Assembly (NCBI GenBank): GCA_963722255.1
Contig: CAVRJO010000002.1
Location: 96,001-160,000, forward strand
Length of the DNA: 64,000 nt
From: Candidatus Babeliales bacterium
GTDB taxonomy: Bacteria > Babelota > Babeliae > Babelales > JANWKD01
Reading direction: 5' to 3'
A program made the position numbers and the translations under genes. The notes below the pieces were generated by a model. That model saw only the letters and a program-made list of their open reading frames with translations, ran no database searches and was not told the origin of the DNA. Below are positions 50,848 through 61,837 of the stretch, one piece after another (position 1 is the first letter of the stretch; each line of letters starts with the position of its first letter).

Positions 50848-53097
50848 ATGAAAAAATTATTAATTGTAGAATCGCCAGCAAAAATTAAGACAATCTCTAA
50901 GTTCTTAGGGAAAGATTTCAAAATTATGTCCACTATAGGCCATATAAAGGATCTTCCTACAAAAGAGCTTGGCATTGCCATGAAAAAAAATGAAATTGTT
51001 ATTGATTATGTTGTTTTAGATACAAAACAAAAGGTAATTAATGATATAAATAAAGCAGCTCAAAGCGCCGATGAGATTTATCTAGCTCCTGACCCTGATC
51101 GTGAAGGAGAAATCATTGCTTGGCATGTTGCTGAAGAAGTTAAAAAGAATCTTAAAAAAGGTGCAAAAATACATAGAATCACTTTCAATGAGATCACAAA
51201 GCCTGCAATTATAGAAGCATTAGCACATCCTTCAACGATTGATATGCAAAAAGTTGCTGCTCAACAAGCACGCAGAGTTCTAGATCGATGGGTTGGCTAT
51301 GAAGTATCACCCATTTTATGGAGAAAAATAAGCAAAGGACTTTCTGCAGGACGTGTACAATCGGTTGCTCTTAAATTAATTTGCGATCGAGAAGAAGCGA
51401 TTCGAGCTTTTAAGCCTGAAGAATATTGGTCAATCACTGGAAATTTTGTTGCAGATGATTCAAAAATAACTGCCCCATTAACTCATATTAATAAGAAGAA
51501 AGCAGTTATTGCCAATGAGCAAGAAGCAAAAAAAATTTTAGAACAACTTAAAAAAAATTCATATAATATTGAATCTATTGAAGATAAACAACGGATAAAA
51601 AATCCTAATGCGCCCTTCATGACCAGTAGTTTGCAACAAACTGCTTACAATAGGCTTGGTTTTCAAGTAAAAAGAACAATGGATGTTGCTCAAAAGCTTT
51701 ATGAAGGTATTCCTTTAGAAGATGAAAGCACACCCGTCGCTCTTATTACGTATATGAGAACAGATTCCTTGCGTATTGCTGACAGCGCTCTCAAAGAATG
51801 TCGCTCATTTATTGAAAATGATTATGGCAAAGAGTATCTCCCTTCAAAAGCTTATGTATATACTAAAGGGAAAGCGCAAGATGCACATGAAGCTATTCGA
51901 CCTATTTCAGTTTCAATTACCCCAGCTTACGCAAAAAAATATTTACCACCTGATGCTGCAAAATTATATGAACTTATTTGGCAACGTTTTGTATCATCTC
52001 AAATGAAACCTGCGCTTTATGCACAACGAACGGTTACCATTCAAGGAGGTATTTATACCTTTAAGGTAACAGGATCAACCTTAATTTTTGATGGTTTTTT
52101 AAAAGTTTATGGTATTGAAGAAGATGAGGATGAAGAAAACAGCGTAATTCCAAAAGAGATTAAAGAAAAAGAAGCATTAGCTCTTTCAAAAACAACTTCT
52201 AAACAACATTTTACTCAACCACCTGCTCGATTTACTGAAGGTTCGCTGGTGAAAGAGTTAGAAAAAGAGGGCATTGGAAGGCCTAGTACCTATGCAACAA
52301 TATTAAATACCATTCGTGCCCGATCCTATACCACTCTTGATACAAAAAAAAGATTTAATCCAACTGAACTTGGAATGACCGTAACCAAAATGCTCAGTGA
52401 TAATCTCCCTAAAATAATGGATTACAAATTTACCGCCGTTATGGAAGAAGATCTTGATAAAATTGCACACGGAGATCTTGATCGCGATGAACTATTACAT
52501 CAATTTTATGAAGCGTTTGAAAAAGATCTCGATACGTTCCGCGGTGAAGCACGAAGACCTGCTGAACCGATTGGTATGAAATGCCCTGAATGCGGAACGG
52601 GAGAACTTGCAATTCGTGTTGGAAAAGCCGGCCATTTTATTGGATGCCTTAACTATCCTGAATGTAAATTCACCAGCAATTTTAAACGTAAAGAAGATGG
52701 TAGCATTGAACTCGTCGCTGCTGAAGGCCCTAAGCTTCTAGAAGAAAAATGTCCCAATTGTGGCAAACAACTACGCAGCGTAATGGGCAAATTTGGTCCC
52801 TTTATTGCATGTTCCGGATATCCTGAATGTAAATATATCCAACAGGTTAAAGCTCATTTTCCTTGTCCACTTGATAAAGGAGAAGTTCTTAAAAAGCAAT
52901 GGAAAGGAAAAACATTCTGGGGTTGTAAAAACTATCCTGAATGCAAATTTGTCATCTTTGGAGATATTGAAGAAGAACAATGTCCTCAGTGTAAAAATCC
53001 ATACCTTCTCAAAAAGTATGAAAAGGATGGATCTATTACACTCAGTTGTCCAACAAAAGATTGTGGATTCAAAAAGAAAGTTCAGCCTCAGGCTTAA
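50848..53097 (+). CDS. topA: DNA topoisomerase I
   Basis: IVESPAK, DPDREGE, SAGRVQS, ITYMRTDS, GIGRPSTY, C-terminal Zn ribbons. Confidence 0.97.
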   Translation: MKKLLIVESPAKIKTISKFLGKDFKIMSTIGHIKDLPTKELGIAMKKNEIVIDYVVLDTKQKVINDINKAAQSADEIYLAPDPDREGEIIAWHVAEEVKKNLKKGAKIHRITFNEITKPAIIEALAHPSTIDMQKVAAQQARRVLDRWVGYEVSPILWRKISKGLSAGRVQSVALKLICDREEAIRAFKPEEYWSITGNFVADDSKITAPLTHINKKKAVIANEQEAKKILEQLKKNSYNIESIEDKQRIKNPNAPFMTSSLQQTAYNRLGFQVKRTMDVAQKLYEGIPLEDESTPVALITYMRTDSLRIADSALKECRSFIENDYGKEYLPSKAYVYTKGKAQDAHEAIRPISVSITPAYAKKYLPPDAAKLYELIWQRFVSSQMKPALYAQRTVTIQGGIYTFKVTGSTLIFDGFLKVYGIEEDEDEENSVIPKEIKEKEALALSKTTSKQHFTQPPARFTEGSLVKELEKEGIGRPSTYATILNTIRARSYTTLDTKKRFNPTELGMTVTKMLSDNLPKIMDYKFTAVMEEDLDKIAHGDLDRDELLHQFYEAFEKDLDTFRGEARRPAEPIGMKCPECGTGELAIRVGKAGHFIGCLNYPECKFTSNFKRKEDGSIELVAAEGPKLLEEKCPNCGKQLRSVMGKFGPFIACSGYPECKYIQQVKAHFPCPLDKGEVLKKQWKGKTFWGCKNYPECKFVIFGDIEEEQCPQCKNPYLLKKYEKDGSITLSCPTKDCGFKKKVQPQA

Positions 53098-54335
53098 GGT
53101 AACATATCTTGTAAACGTTCTAATTTAGTTACCAACTGTTTAAGATTTATAATAAGAGCTTCATTCATGCCTTTCTTAGGTTGTACACGTATTGGCTTTT
53201 TGGTTGTTGGGGCTTCCTTTTTAAAGCGAACAATATTTCCATTCTCTTGATTACGATAATCTTTATAATTTTTATACCAAATAAAATCATCATCCTCATT
53301 AGCCAGACCCAATAATTCAGCTCGCACCCGCATAAGCACTTGTCCAAGAAGATTTGTTCCTTCACCTTGAGCCCCGGCTCCCCAAAATGCATCATTTGCT
53401 CCGGCATCTTCAACAAGAATCTTATCGCCTGTATTAAATAATAAATGTTTTAAACGCATATTTTCATTAAACTTACGACGTACTGCATCAAGCATAACAG
53501 CGACACTTCTTTTATTCCATGCATTTTGATCATATTCATTTTTATGTTGACGTGCAAAATCAAAGGCTTGGCGAGGAGTAGTTAATCTTTTCATTTGATT
53601 ATATAATTGTGGATTATCTACAAATTTTTGTGCTTGAAAATAGTTCTCACTTGTTGGCCATTCATGGCCTTGTGCATCAATTACTGAATCGGTGTCAAAA
53701 TTTGTAAACTCATAATAAGGCTTACTACTTTCATAAAAATAAATAGCATTACCTAACCCTTTCCATGAATCTTTAGACGCCTTTATCTGCTTTTTAGTAT
53801 CACCACCAAGCTGTTGTACTGCCAGATCCCAAAGATCCAAAAGGTCCTGCGTTTCGCGTGAAAACCTATAATCGCGCTGTTTGCCTCTAACTTGTTCAGT
53901 AATAGAAAATTTACCAATAATCTTATCAATTGGTAACCAGGCATAATCATTTTTTATATTATTGGCAAATTTCCCCTTCTCTTTCATTTTTTTATAAAGA
54001 AACTTTGCTGAAACATATTCAGTTGGTACAAAATGCACTATATCTCCATTTGGTCGTTTAAACCATGGCTTACCTTTTAAATAATTTGGATCGAGTTCGA
54101 TTATATTATTTGTTTGTACAAACAGTGCATCAGTGGCAAATTTTTGTGCATTTTCTTTACCATGTGCGGTCTCTCCAAAAAAACTCCATTGTCCATTAGC
54201 CGAATCCTTACCTAATAATACATTCCATTCATTAGTATTCTCATTCCATGAAACTGGAACAATAATTGCCTGCCAACACTCAGCTTGATTAAATGTCAAC
54301 GCCATAATCAAACACAATAACATTGATATTTTCAT
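53094..54335 (-). CDS. Exported protein with a degenerate Nudix-like domain fused to a NADAR (YbiA-family) domain
   Basis: Signal peptide; NADAR motifs FTNF, WPTSENYFQAQKF, KF, L..TG..ILVE, D.FWG.G..G.G.NLLG.VLMRVR. Confidence 0.85.
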   Translation of the reverse strand: MKISMLLCLIMALTFNQAECWQAIIVPVSWNENTNEWNVLLGKDSANGQWSFFGETAHGKENAQKFATDALFVQTNNIIELDPNYLKGKPWFKRPNGDIVHFVPTEYVSAKFLYKKMKEKGKFANNIKNDYAWLPIDKIIGKFSITEQVRGKQRDYRFSRETQDLLDLWDLAVQQLGGDTKKQIKASKDSWKGLGNAIYFYESSKPYYEFTNFDTDSVIDAQGHEWPTSENYFQAQKFVDNPQLYNQMKRLTTPRQAFDFARQHKNEYDQNAWNKRSVAVMLDAVRRKFNENMRLKHLLFNTGDKILVEDAGANDAFWGAGAQGEGTNLLGQVLMRVRAELLGLANEDDDFIWYKNYKDYRNQENGNIVRFKKEAPTTKKPIRVQPKKGMNEALIINLKQLVTKLERLQDMLP

Positions 54336-54393
54336 ATGAATTCATCCTTCGTATATTTTTAAGAACTACAATCGACTACAATTTCATGCTACC

Positions 54394-55161
54394 TTAAACT
54401 CTAGAATTTTTCATAGGCTTCTTTGCAGCAACTTTCATTGATTTCGTAGTATAACGATTGTGACGGTGAGAAGTAGCCAATCGATTGCGTTTAGTTTGCA
54501 CTTTCGCAATTTCAACTACCGGTTTTTGCTCAGCAGGCTTTGTCACTCTTTTTGCACGATATGCCACTTTCTTTTCATCCCTTTTTGCATATGCTAATGC
54601 TTTTTCACGATTAACTGCAGCATTCAACTGAGGTTGTAATAGTGATTCCCAATGGTTATTAAAAACCGATTTCGTAAAATTATCAAATTTGTAACGCATC
54701 TTCATATTGCGAGCCGTTCTGACAATGGTAGTACGTGATAAAAGTTCCTCCATAGGAATCCATACAAATTTATCTTTTCTTATATCCTGATCTACCGAAC
54801 TAACCATCTTTCTTTGCAACATAGGAATAGTCATATGCTCGACCGGCACACAATAAACAACATCACCACTTCTAAAAGCAATTGATGATTGAAGCTTTTG
54901 CATACCTTCTTTTTCAAACGAATAAACTCCATTGGTTTGTTCTTTGAGTGTTTGCAAAGCTGAGGTAAGCATGTCAGCATCAGATTCTTGCTCAATTTTT
55001 TGCTTAAAGGTGCTCCACAAACCGCCTGCATCGCGACCAAAAAGCCCACACCATTTTCCTGTTAACCTCTCTTGATAGAGTGGAACAATATGAACTTCCT
55101 TAGAAATAATTAGTGTTGTATACTGTAATATAACTAAGAATAGAGTTATAATTTTTTTCAT
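54394..55161 (-). CDS. Exported degenerate Nudix-like protein with basic tail (paralog of the N-domain of 53094..54335)
   Basis: IVP..., W..LxGxD..GxWSxF, QTN, GDxVxxVPxE, KxxxxWxP shared with the neighbour. Confidence 0.7.
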   Translation of the reverse strand: MKKIITLFLVILQYTTLIISKEVHIVPLYQERLTGKWCGLFGRDAGGLWSTFKQKIEQESDADMLTSALQTLKEQTNGVYSFEKEGMQKLQSSIAFRSGDVVYCVPVEHMTIPMLQRKMVSSVDQDIRKDKFVWIPMEELLSRTTIVRTARNMKMRYKFDNFTKSVFNNHWESLLQPQLNAAVNREKALAYAKRDEKKVAYRAKRVTKPAEQKPVVEIAKVQTKRNRLATSHRHNRYTTKSMKVAAKKPMKNSRV

Positions 55162-55217
55162 AGCATCCTTTTTTTATGAGCATTATTCGTAAACTTCTTA
55201 CACGATAATAATGGTTT

Positions 55218-55868
55218 TTGCCAATGTCAACGAAACAATCTACTCTTTCAAAAAATATATCAAAAGAGATCATAGGGTATTATTTACCACCAAATCCTAT
55301 TATTGTCGAAGCGGGTGCACATATTGGACGTGATACCCTTAAAATGAAAAAACATTGGCCTCAGTGTACAATTCATGCATTTGAACCGGTGCCCGAACTA
55401 TTTGCAGCACTCATTAAAAAAACCCAAGATTATTCGAGCATTCATTGTTATCCATATGCTTTAAGCTCCTTTTCAGGAGAAAAAATAATGTATATTAGTG
55501 CTGGCCGTTCAACGGCAACCAGCTCACTCTTTAAACCAACAGGTTATAGCCTTGAACATCCTGAAACAACCTTTACCCAACGCCATGTCCAAACAATCAC
55601 GCTTGATGATTGGGCAAAGCAGTATGGAATAGATCATGTTGATGCCCTTTGGCTTGATATGCAAGGTGGAGAGTTAGATGCTTTATGCGGTGCTCAGAAC
55701 CTTTTGAAAACTATATCAGTTATCTATACTGAGGTTTCGCTGCATCAACGTTATGAAAACACCCCTTTATACCATGAATTGAGGGCCTGGCTTGAACAAC
55801 AAGGCTTTTCTGTAGCTCATGAAGCATTTCGCGATACTCTTTGGGGCAATGTTTTATTTGTGAGATAA
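55218..55868 (+). CDS. FkbM-family SAM methyltransferase
   Basis: EAGAHIG, AFEP, TITLDD, DMQGGE. Confidence 0.88.
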   Translation: MPMSTKQSTLSKNISKEIIGYYLPPNPIIVEAGAHIGRDTLKMKKHWPQCTIHAFEPVPELFAALIKKTQDYSSIHCYPYALSSFSGEKIMYISAGRSTATSSLFKPTGYSLEHPETTFTQRHVQTITLDDWAKQYGIDHVDALWLDMQGGELDALCGAQNLLKTISVIYTEVSLHQRYENTPLYHELRAWLEQQGFSVAHEAFRDTLWGNVLFVR

Positions 55869-55891
55869 CAGTTCTTAATCTCTAATGTTTG

Positions 55892-56620
55892 TTATTTTTC
55901 CAAAGGATAATTTAATTTCATTTGAAGTTCTAAAACTTTGTCGCTATATTCTTCAGGTGCTTTTTTGCTTTCAGACACAAAAGGTACCAGTAATGAAGCA
56001 GTTGGTGTACCGAGTGAATAGTCTTGCTCTTCATCAGCTCTATTATTTTCTTTATTTACTCGTTTAATACCTGTGCAATATAAAGAAGCTTCTGCCAATT
56101 TTTTTTGAAGATCTAAAAACTCATCACTATATTTTACTTCGTCGTTAATATCATCTTTTTCATTTAAATGAGAAGATCCATTTATATTTATCTTGCACCT
56201 ACAAGAACTTTTTTGGTTTTCTAATTCTTTTATTCTTTTCTCTTGTGATTCAACACAAGCTTTTAATTCGACATTATTACGCATTACAATTTCAATAATC
56301 TTCGTTAAATTTTCTTTATTTTCTTTTCGATCCTTTGCAGCATCTTTTTTTAAAGACATAAAGAGCATACGTGTTTGATTTACCAACATAGCTTGATTTC
56401 GTTGTTGCTCTTGCAATTCAACTATTGCTTGATTTTGTAGTTGATTTTGAGCTCCGTTTGCTATATCTGAGCAGCTTAACGATCTTACTAAGTACGATTT
56501 AGGTTGTTTTTTTACTCTTTCAACAACCTCTTCTTTTTCCATAGCACCTATCATCGTGGACAATAAAAGTGATGCAATGCAACCTAAGCCAAATGATTGT
56601 TTTATAAATACCTGTTTCAT
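55892..56620 (-). CDS. Exported coiled-coil hypothetical protein
   Basis: Signal peptide ending IGA-MEKE; heptad region. Confidence 0.7.
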   Translation of the reverse strand: MKQVFIKQSFGLGCIASLLLSTMIGAMEKEEVVERVKKQPKSYLVRSLSCSDIANGAQNQLQNQAIVELQEQQRNQAMLVNQTRMLFMSLKKDAAKDRKENKENLTKIIEIVMRNNVELKACVESQEKRIKELENQKSSCRCKININGSSHLNEKDDINDEVKYSDEFLDLQKKLAEASLYCTGIKRVNKENNRADEEQDYSLGTPTASLLVPFVSESKKAPEEYSDKVLELQMKLNYPLEK

Positions 56621-56821
56621 GATTCCCTTTCATGTAAAATACAAAGTAGTGAAATATATACCCTAAAAATATTATTACATTATTTATATCAAGTTTTATA
56701 TAAATTGACTAATTTACTATTAATTTATTATAAATTCAGCACCAGAAAAAATAGACCTTTCGCTCTAAAATTATTTTATTGATCTCTTTATTTACACATC
56801 ACTACTAACTACGTTATCCTA

Positions 56822-57908
56822 ATGCTAAGAAGCAAAAAAAAGGAAGCTCTTATGAAATTATTAGTTGCAGAAGAGTCATATCGTACTAATTCAAAATTAA
56901 CCTGGCTCTTAATTCTTTTAGCTTTGCTCATTAACTTAGCTTTGTTATTTTTACTTTTTATCCTCCAAACGGATAACAACTTTTTTCAATTTCCCTATAA
57001 GACTGAACCAGAACACTGAAGAGGCTCCCGTACTTTTTCAAGAAATGCCGGAATCACCTGCTCAGGCTGAGCCACCACCACCTCCAGTAACAAATGAAGT
57101 TGCTGCATTAAAGCCCGGGGCTTCAAATTTTGGTATTCCTGACGAATATAAAGAAGATGAAATGGTTGCTCACATCAATGAACTTGAACCTGATGAAAAA
57201 GAACCTGAGCCAGAACTTGCAGCAGTGCAAGAAAAAAACGAAAAAGATCAAGAAGAAGAAACGCTACCTTCTCAACCAATATCAGAATCACTACTGCAAG
57301 AAAAAGAAGAAGAGCTTGCTCAACCACAACCTATTGCCCCAACAACTCTTGAAAAAACTATGGAACAACCAAAACAGCCTGATGCTCCTCTACAACCAAA
57401 ATTGCAACCAAAACCTCCAATGCAAAAAGCTCCCGAAACGCAGCAAAAGATTAAAGCTCCTTTAAAAAAAGAGCTAACGTTCAATGATATTGCTAAAGGA
57501 TTTTTATCATCACTTGATGAGGGAGGTAATGATCTGGTAGAACGAAAAGGCAATGAAAATATTCGCCCTGACTTTGAAGAGATGCGTATTTTAAGCTATC
57601 AACATAAGCTATTCTGGTATATGCAAAATGAGTGGGCTCGCATTAATCTTTCACTTAATTATCCCGTTCCTCCCTTTGTCGTTACTGGCATTTCAATGAC
57701 AATTGATAAGGATGGCAATTTAAAAAAGGCTTCAGTATCTCATAGTTGCGGCATTCAACAACTTGATGATGCAATTCTACAAGGCATCAGATCTGCAAGC
57801 CCTTTCCCACCGTTGCCAACCTACTTAAAAAAGGATAGTTATACTTTTGAATTTGGGGTTAAACATGTCCAAAAATCTCCTTCAGGACTTACTAATCGTT
57901 ATCGCTGA
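56822..57908 (+). CDS. TonB/TolA-like protein (TM, Pro/Glu-rich linker, TonB_C domain); frameshift at about 56981-56995
   Basis: TM in 56822..57019; removing one base joins it to 57045..57908 (IDKDG, SCG..LDDA, ASPFPPLP). Confidence 0.75.
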
Positions 57909-57981
57909 TAAAGCTATTTAGCTTTTTAAGATTATACGTTACACTTAAATGGCATATAACCATTATAAGGAAATCATTTGT

Positions 57982-59636
57982 ATGAATAGTCTTGAGACAT
58001 TAAAAAAATCATTTTTCACCTTTCTTGCAACAACTTTTAATCTTGAACCAGAGCTTTGTAATGCAATAAGCTTTACCATCAACAACGATGCAACAAAATC
58101 AGAATTTGGGGATGTAAGTTCAAACGCAGCTATGGTTCTTGCAAAACATTTAAAGAGTAATCCAAGAACTGTTGCACAAACAATTGTTGAAAATTACAAA
58201 AACCATTCTGTTAAATCAATTGAAATAGCCGGCCCGGGATTTCTCAACTTCTATTTGGCTCAAGAATTTTTTATAGCAGTAGCTCACGCCCTTTTTACAA
58301 CCGGCAGCCGTTATTTTGCCCTTAACCCGGAAGATCATAAAGAAAAGTTTTCGATCGAATTTGTAAGCGCAAACCCTACAGGCCCTTTGCATCTAGGACA
58401 TGGCCGAGGCGGCATTATAGGTGATGTATTGGGCACAATTTTATCATTTTTGGGCCACAATGTAGTTAAAGAATTTTATATTAATGATGCCGGGACACAG
58501 ATCGAAAAACTTGGTCTTTCATTAAAAATTCGATGCCAGCAGCAGCTTGGGCTTGATGTTGCAATTCCTGAGGATGCCTACCAAGGTGATTATATTAAAG
58601 ATCTAGCAAAAGAGTTCATACATGAATTTGGAAATGATGCTCTCAATCAACCAATTCAAATTTTCTCTCAGTTTGCTCAGACTCGATTATTAAAAAATAT
58701 TAAAAAAACTCTTGAAGAATATGGTATCACGTACGATGTATGGTTTTCTGAAAAAACATTACATGACTCTGATAAAGTTGCGCAAGCTCTTCAAACTCTT
58801 GATCAAAGAGGTTTCACCTATGTGCAAGATAATGCAACATGGTTTAAATCTACTGAATTTGGTGATGATAAAGATCGTGTTTTAAAAAAAGGCCAAGGTA
58901 ATTACACCTATATAAGTGCAGATATTGCGTATCTACAAAATAAGATTAGGACGCGGATTTACTAAAATAATCATGGTCTTAGGGCAAGACCACCACAGCT
59001 ATGTAATGCGCATGAAAGCAATTATGCAAGCATTAGGCAATAACCCTGACAACTTAGATATAATTTTATATCAGTTGGTTATCACTCAAAGAAGACGGTC
59101 AACAAGTGCGCATGTCAAAACGCGCAGGTGCTATCGTAAATTTAGAAGAAGTTATTGAATGCGTAGGTAAAGATGTTGCGCGGTTCTTTTATCTTCATCG
59201 TAAAGCTGATGCTCATTTAGAATTTGATCTTGCGTTAGCATTAAAAAAAACTGAAGAAAACCCTGTTTATTATATTCAGTATGCTTACGTTCGAACGCAC
59301 AGTATCTTAGAAAAAGCTGCTCTGCATAAAGAATTTGAAGCTATTAAAGCTTCTGATCTTAAAGAACTTGGACCTGATGAGATTCTTTTACTTAAAAAAA
59401 TAGTTGAGCTCAAAGAACTCCTTGTTACCTTAAGCACCAATTTTCAAACACATCTTTTGGCCTATTACGTTATAGAATTGGCGCATGCTTTTCATCGCTA
59501 TTACAGCAAAAATCGCGTTATTAATCTTGAAGCACCCAGCTTAAGCAGAACACGATTGGCATGCATTCAACTTCTCAATCGAACCTTTAAACTCTGCTTA
59601 GATTTATTAGGGCTCAATGCGCCTACCAGCATGTAA
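57982..59636 (+). CDS. argS: Arginine--tRNA ligase, split by two apparent frameshifts
   Basis: FGD..SN.A, AGPGFLNF, SANPTGPLHLGH, YINDAG, DKDRVL, GQDHH, MSKR.G, NPVYYIQYA spread over three frames; single extra bases near 58945 and 59080. Confidence 0.93.
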
Positions 59637-59641
59637 CAAAA

Positions 59642-59671
59642 ATGGCCATTGCTGTTAAAAACAATGGCCAT
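59642..59671. terminator. Hairpin between convergent genes
   Basis: ATGGCCATTG...CAATGGCCAT. Confidence 0.55.
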
Positions 59672-59702
59672 AAAATCTCTTAAAGATTACTTATATTTTT
59701 TA

Positions 59703-60590
59703 TTATCGCTTAGATAAAGCATAACCACTTATACCACCAATGAGAGTAGAAATGCCCAACAAGGGTAAGGTATAGACCGACTTATAATTTTGCAAATAGG
59801 CTGAACAGGCCATTTTTAATGCATAGCCACAAGAAGTTCCAATAAGAATCCCTAAAGCTGTCATTCCCGCGGCATATTCTTTTGATTGTGAACGGTATGC
59901 TCGATTAAAGGCTTCCTGAAATTCTCGCAAATCAAGCAATTCTGGATTCTGTCCGTCTTGTCGCTTGCCCATCATCATAGCAACTAAATTTACAATAGCT
60001 TTTTTATAACGCACTTTATTAGCTTTATTAAGCTTTGAAAGCATTGGGCTCCAAAGAGTAATCGTAGTATAGGGAGAATTTTGGTTAAAAGTTTGTGTAG
60101 TTTGATCCAGACGACCTATTCTTAGACTTATTGTTTTAATATATTTCTGGATTTTTTCACCAATATCTGGGGTACTAACATTTACATGATTATATGTTTC
60201 AAAAACTTGTTCTAAACATATAAGATCAGCTGATGCATTACAACAAAGCGTATCATACATATATGCCAAAGCAGTTAAAAGATTTTTTTGTTTTTGTGTA
60301 GTGTTAAAATTATTAGCTTTGACTTGCACTATTTCAGGCGTATCCTTGATGTCTATAGTATACACGACTTGGGAATTAACAAATCTTAAATCAAAATGGG
60401 GATGCTGCCATATTGTATTATTAGCTTCATCGATTTTTTGCTTTTCTTCTTCAGTAAGAGTTGGCGCATAATGCGCGCACGAACTACCTGGCACTCCCTT
60501 GCCGAATTCACCAAGATTCATCGCGTTCAATAAACCAAATCCATAAATAGGGAATAAAGCTATTGCTATTATATTAACTCTTGATATCAT
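59703..60590 (-). CDS. Exported protein with C-terminal hydrophobic hairpin
   Basis: Signal peptide ending LNA-MN; two Gly-rich hydrophobic C-terminal segments shared with 60708..61628. Confidence 0.75.
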   Translation of the reverse strand: MISRVNIIAIALFPIYGFGLLNAMNLGEFGKGVPGSSCAHYAPTLTEEEKQKIDEANNTIWQHPHFDLRFVNSQVVYTIDIKDTPEIVQVKANNFNTTQKQKNLLTALAYMYDTLCCNASADLICLEQVFETYNHVNVSTPDIGEKIQKYIKTISLRIGRLDQTTQTFNQNSPYTTITLWSPMLSKLNKANKVRYKKAIVNLVAMMMGKRQDGQNPELLDLREFQEAFNRAYRSQSKEYAAGMTALGILIGTSCGYALKMACSAYLQNYKSVYTLPLLGISTLIGGISGYALSKR

Positions 60591-60707
60591 AATTTAACCT
60601 GCCTTTTATTTATTTAAAATACTATATTTGTAATTAAATTATAGCCTACATATTGCAATCTGTCAAGCGGATAATGCCGATTTTTGGCTGTTTTTAAGCA
60701 AAAAGAT

Positions 60708-61628
60708 CTATTTTCTTCTGAATAACCAAGGGGTACAGCAATATCCACTTAAACCACCAAGAAGAGTAGAAAGGCCTATTAATGGCATCGTAAGCCTTGG
60801 GTTTTCTTGAAGATATTCATGTAAAAAATACTTGAGTGTAAAGCCAAGATTTAATCCAAATGAGAGACCTGTAAGAATGTTATGAAAGCTGTTATTTTTG
60901 TATAAGGTTATTTTTGCTTCTTTGATAGATTCATCTTTTGATGCTTCTTCCAAAATAGGTACCACAGGCATCAAATTGTATTCTTTTCCTAAATCTATCA
61001 CCCCTAACCTAAAGAAATCAAGATTAAATACTCTATGAGTATCTTTCGAACAGAATGGATTAAGAAGTCCATTAGATAAATGAATCAATTCAGCACGATA
61101 CTTTATTAGAGCATCTCCAGCCAGCAATGGCAAAATATTACTCATAACACTAAGCCGTACATGTTGTTCAACTTCACTATTATTGCTCCTAGCTGTAAGT
61201 AGCCTTGGTAACCTCAACGTATAAGTAGCTTTTGGATCCGCTTCTAATCCAGTAATAGTTAACTCACTTGTAACAAAATTATTATCTTGCGGAGTAACAT
61301 AATAACAACCTTTAAAAATACCAAGCATAACGTCTTCTAAAGGACGTACATCAAAAAAATTATCGTTCAAATGCAAATAAAAAAGATTAAGGGCAGTTGC
61401 TAATGATTCTTGTTTTTCCCCAAAATAAGTTAATGAAAGTTTACCAAAATTTTTACTCAAACCCCATGTCACATATTCAGAACGATCGAGTTCAACATCG
61501 CTCGGAAAATCAAGAAAACAAAGATCCGGGCCAATCGTTTTTTGGCCGTCGTACATCATAGATTGCACGTTGCTTAATCTTGCCAATACAAACAGTAACC
61601 CTACCATCAACACTCGTCTAAAATTCAT
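60708..61628 (-). CDS. Exported protein with C-terminal hydrophobic hairpin
   Basis: Signal peptide ending VQS-MM; C-terminus YLQ..PLIGLSTLLGGLSGY similar to the neighbour. Confidence 0.75.
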   Translation of the reverse strand: MNFRRVLMVGLLFVLARLSNVQSMMYDGQKTIGPDLCFLDFPSDVELDRSEYVTWGLSKNFGKLSLTYFGEKQESLATALNLFYLHLNDNFFDVRPLEDVMLGIFKGCYYVTPQDNNFVTSELTITGLEADPKATYTLRLPRLLTARSNNSEVEQHVRLSVMSNILPLLAGDALIKYRAELIHLSNGLLNPFCSKDTHRVFNLDFFRLGVIDLGKEYNLMPVVPILEEASKDESIKEAKITLYKNNSFHNILTGLSFGLNLGFTLKYFLHEYLQENPRLTMPLIGLSTLLGGLSGYCCTPWLFRRK

Positions 61629-61742
61629 ATTGCGTCTACCTCAAAAATTTCTATTCACATATTTATATTATTTTTCTAAATCAATCCCACTCTATTCTAA
61701 TGCAAAAAAGATGATTTATAAAGCAAAATTCTCATAAAATTT

Positions 61743-61771
61743 TTGCCGTTTTTTTAATTTATTAGTATACT
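61743..61771 (+). promoter_or_regulatory. Putative promoter of dnaJ
   Basis: TTGCCG-N17-TATACT. Confidence 0.45.
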
Positions 61772-61837
61772 AAAAGCAAATTTACATATCTGATAAAAAA
61801 TTGTTGAATCAATTCCATTACTGTTAGCTAAAAAACC

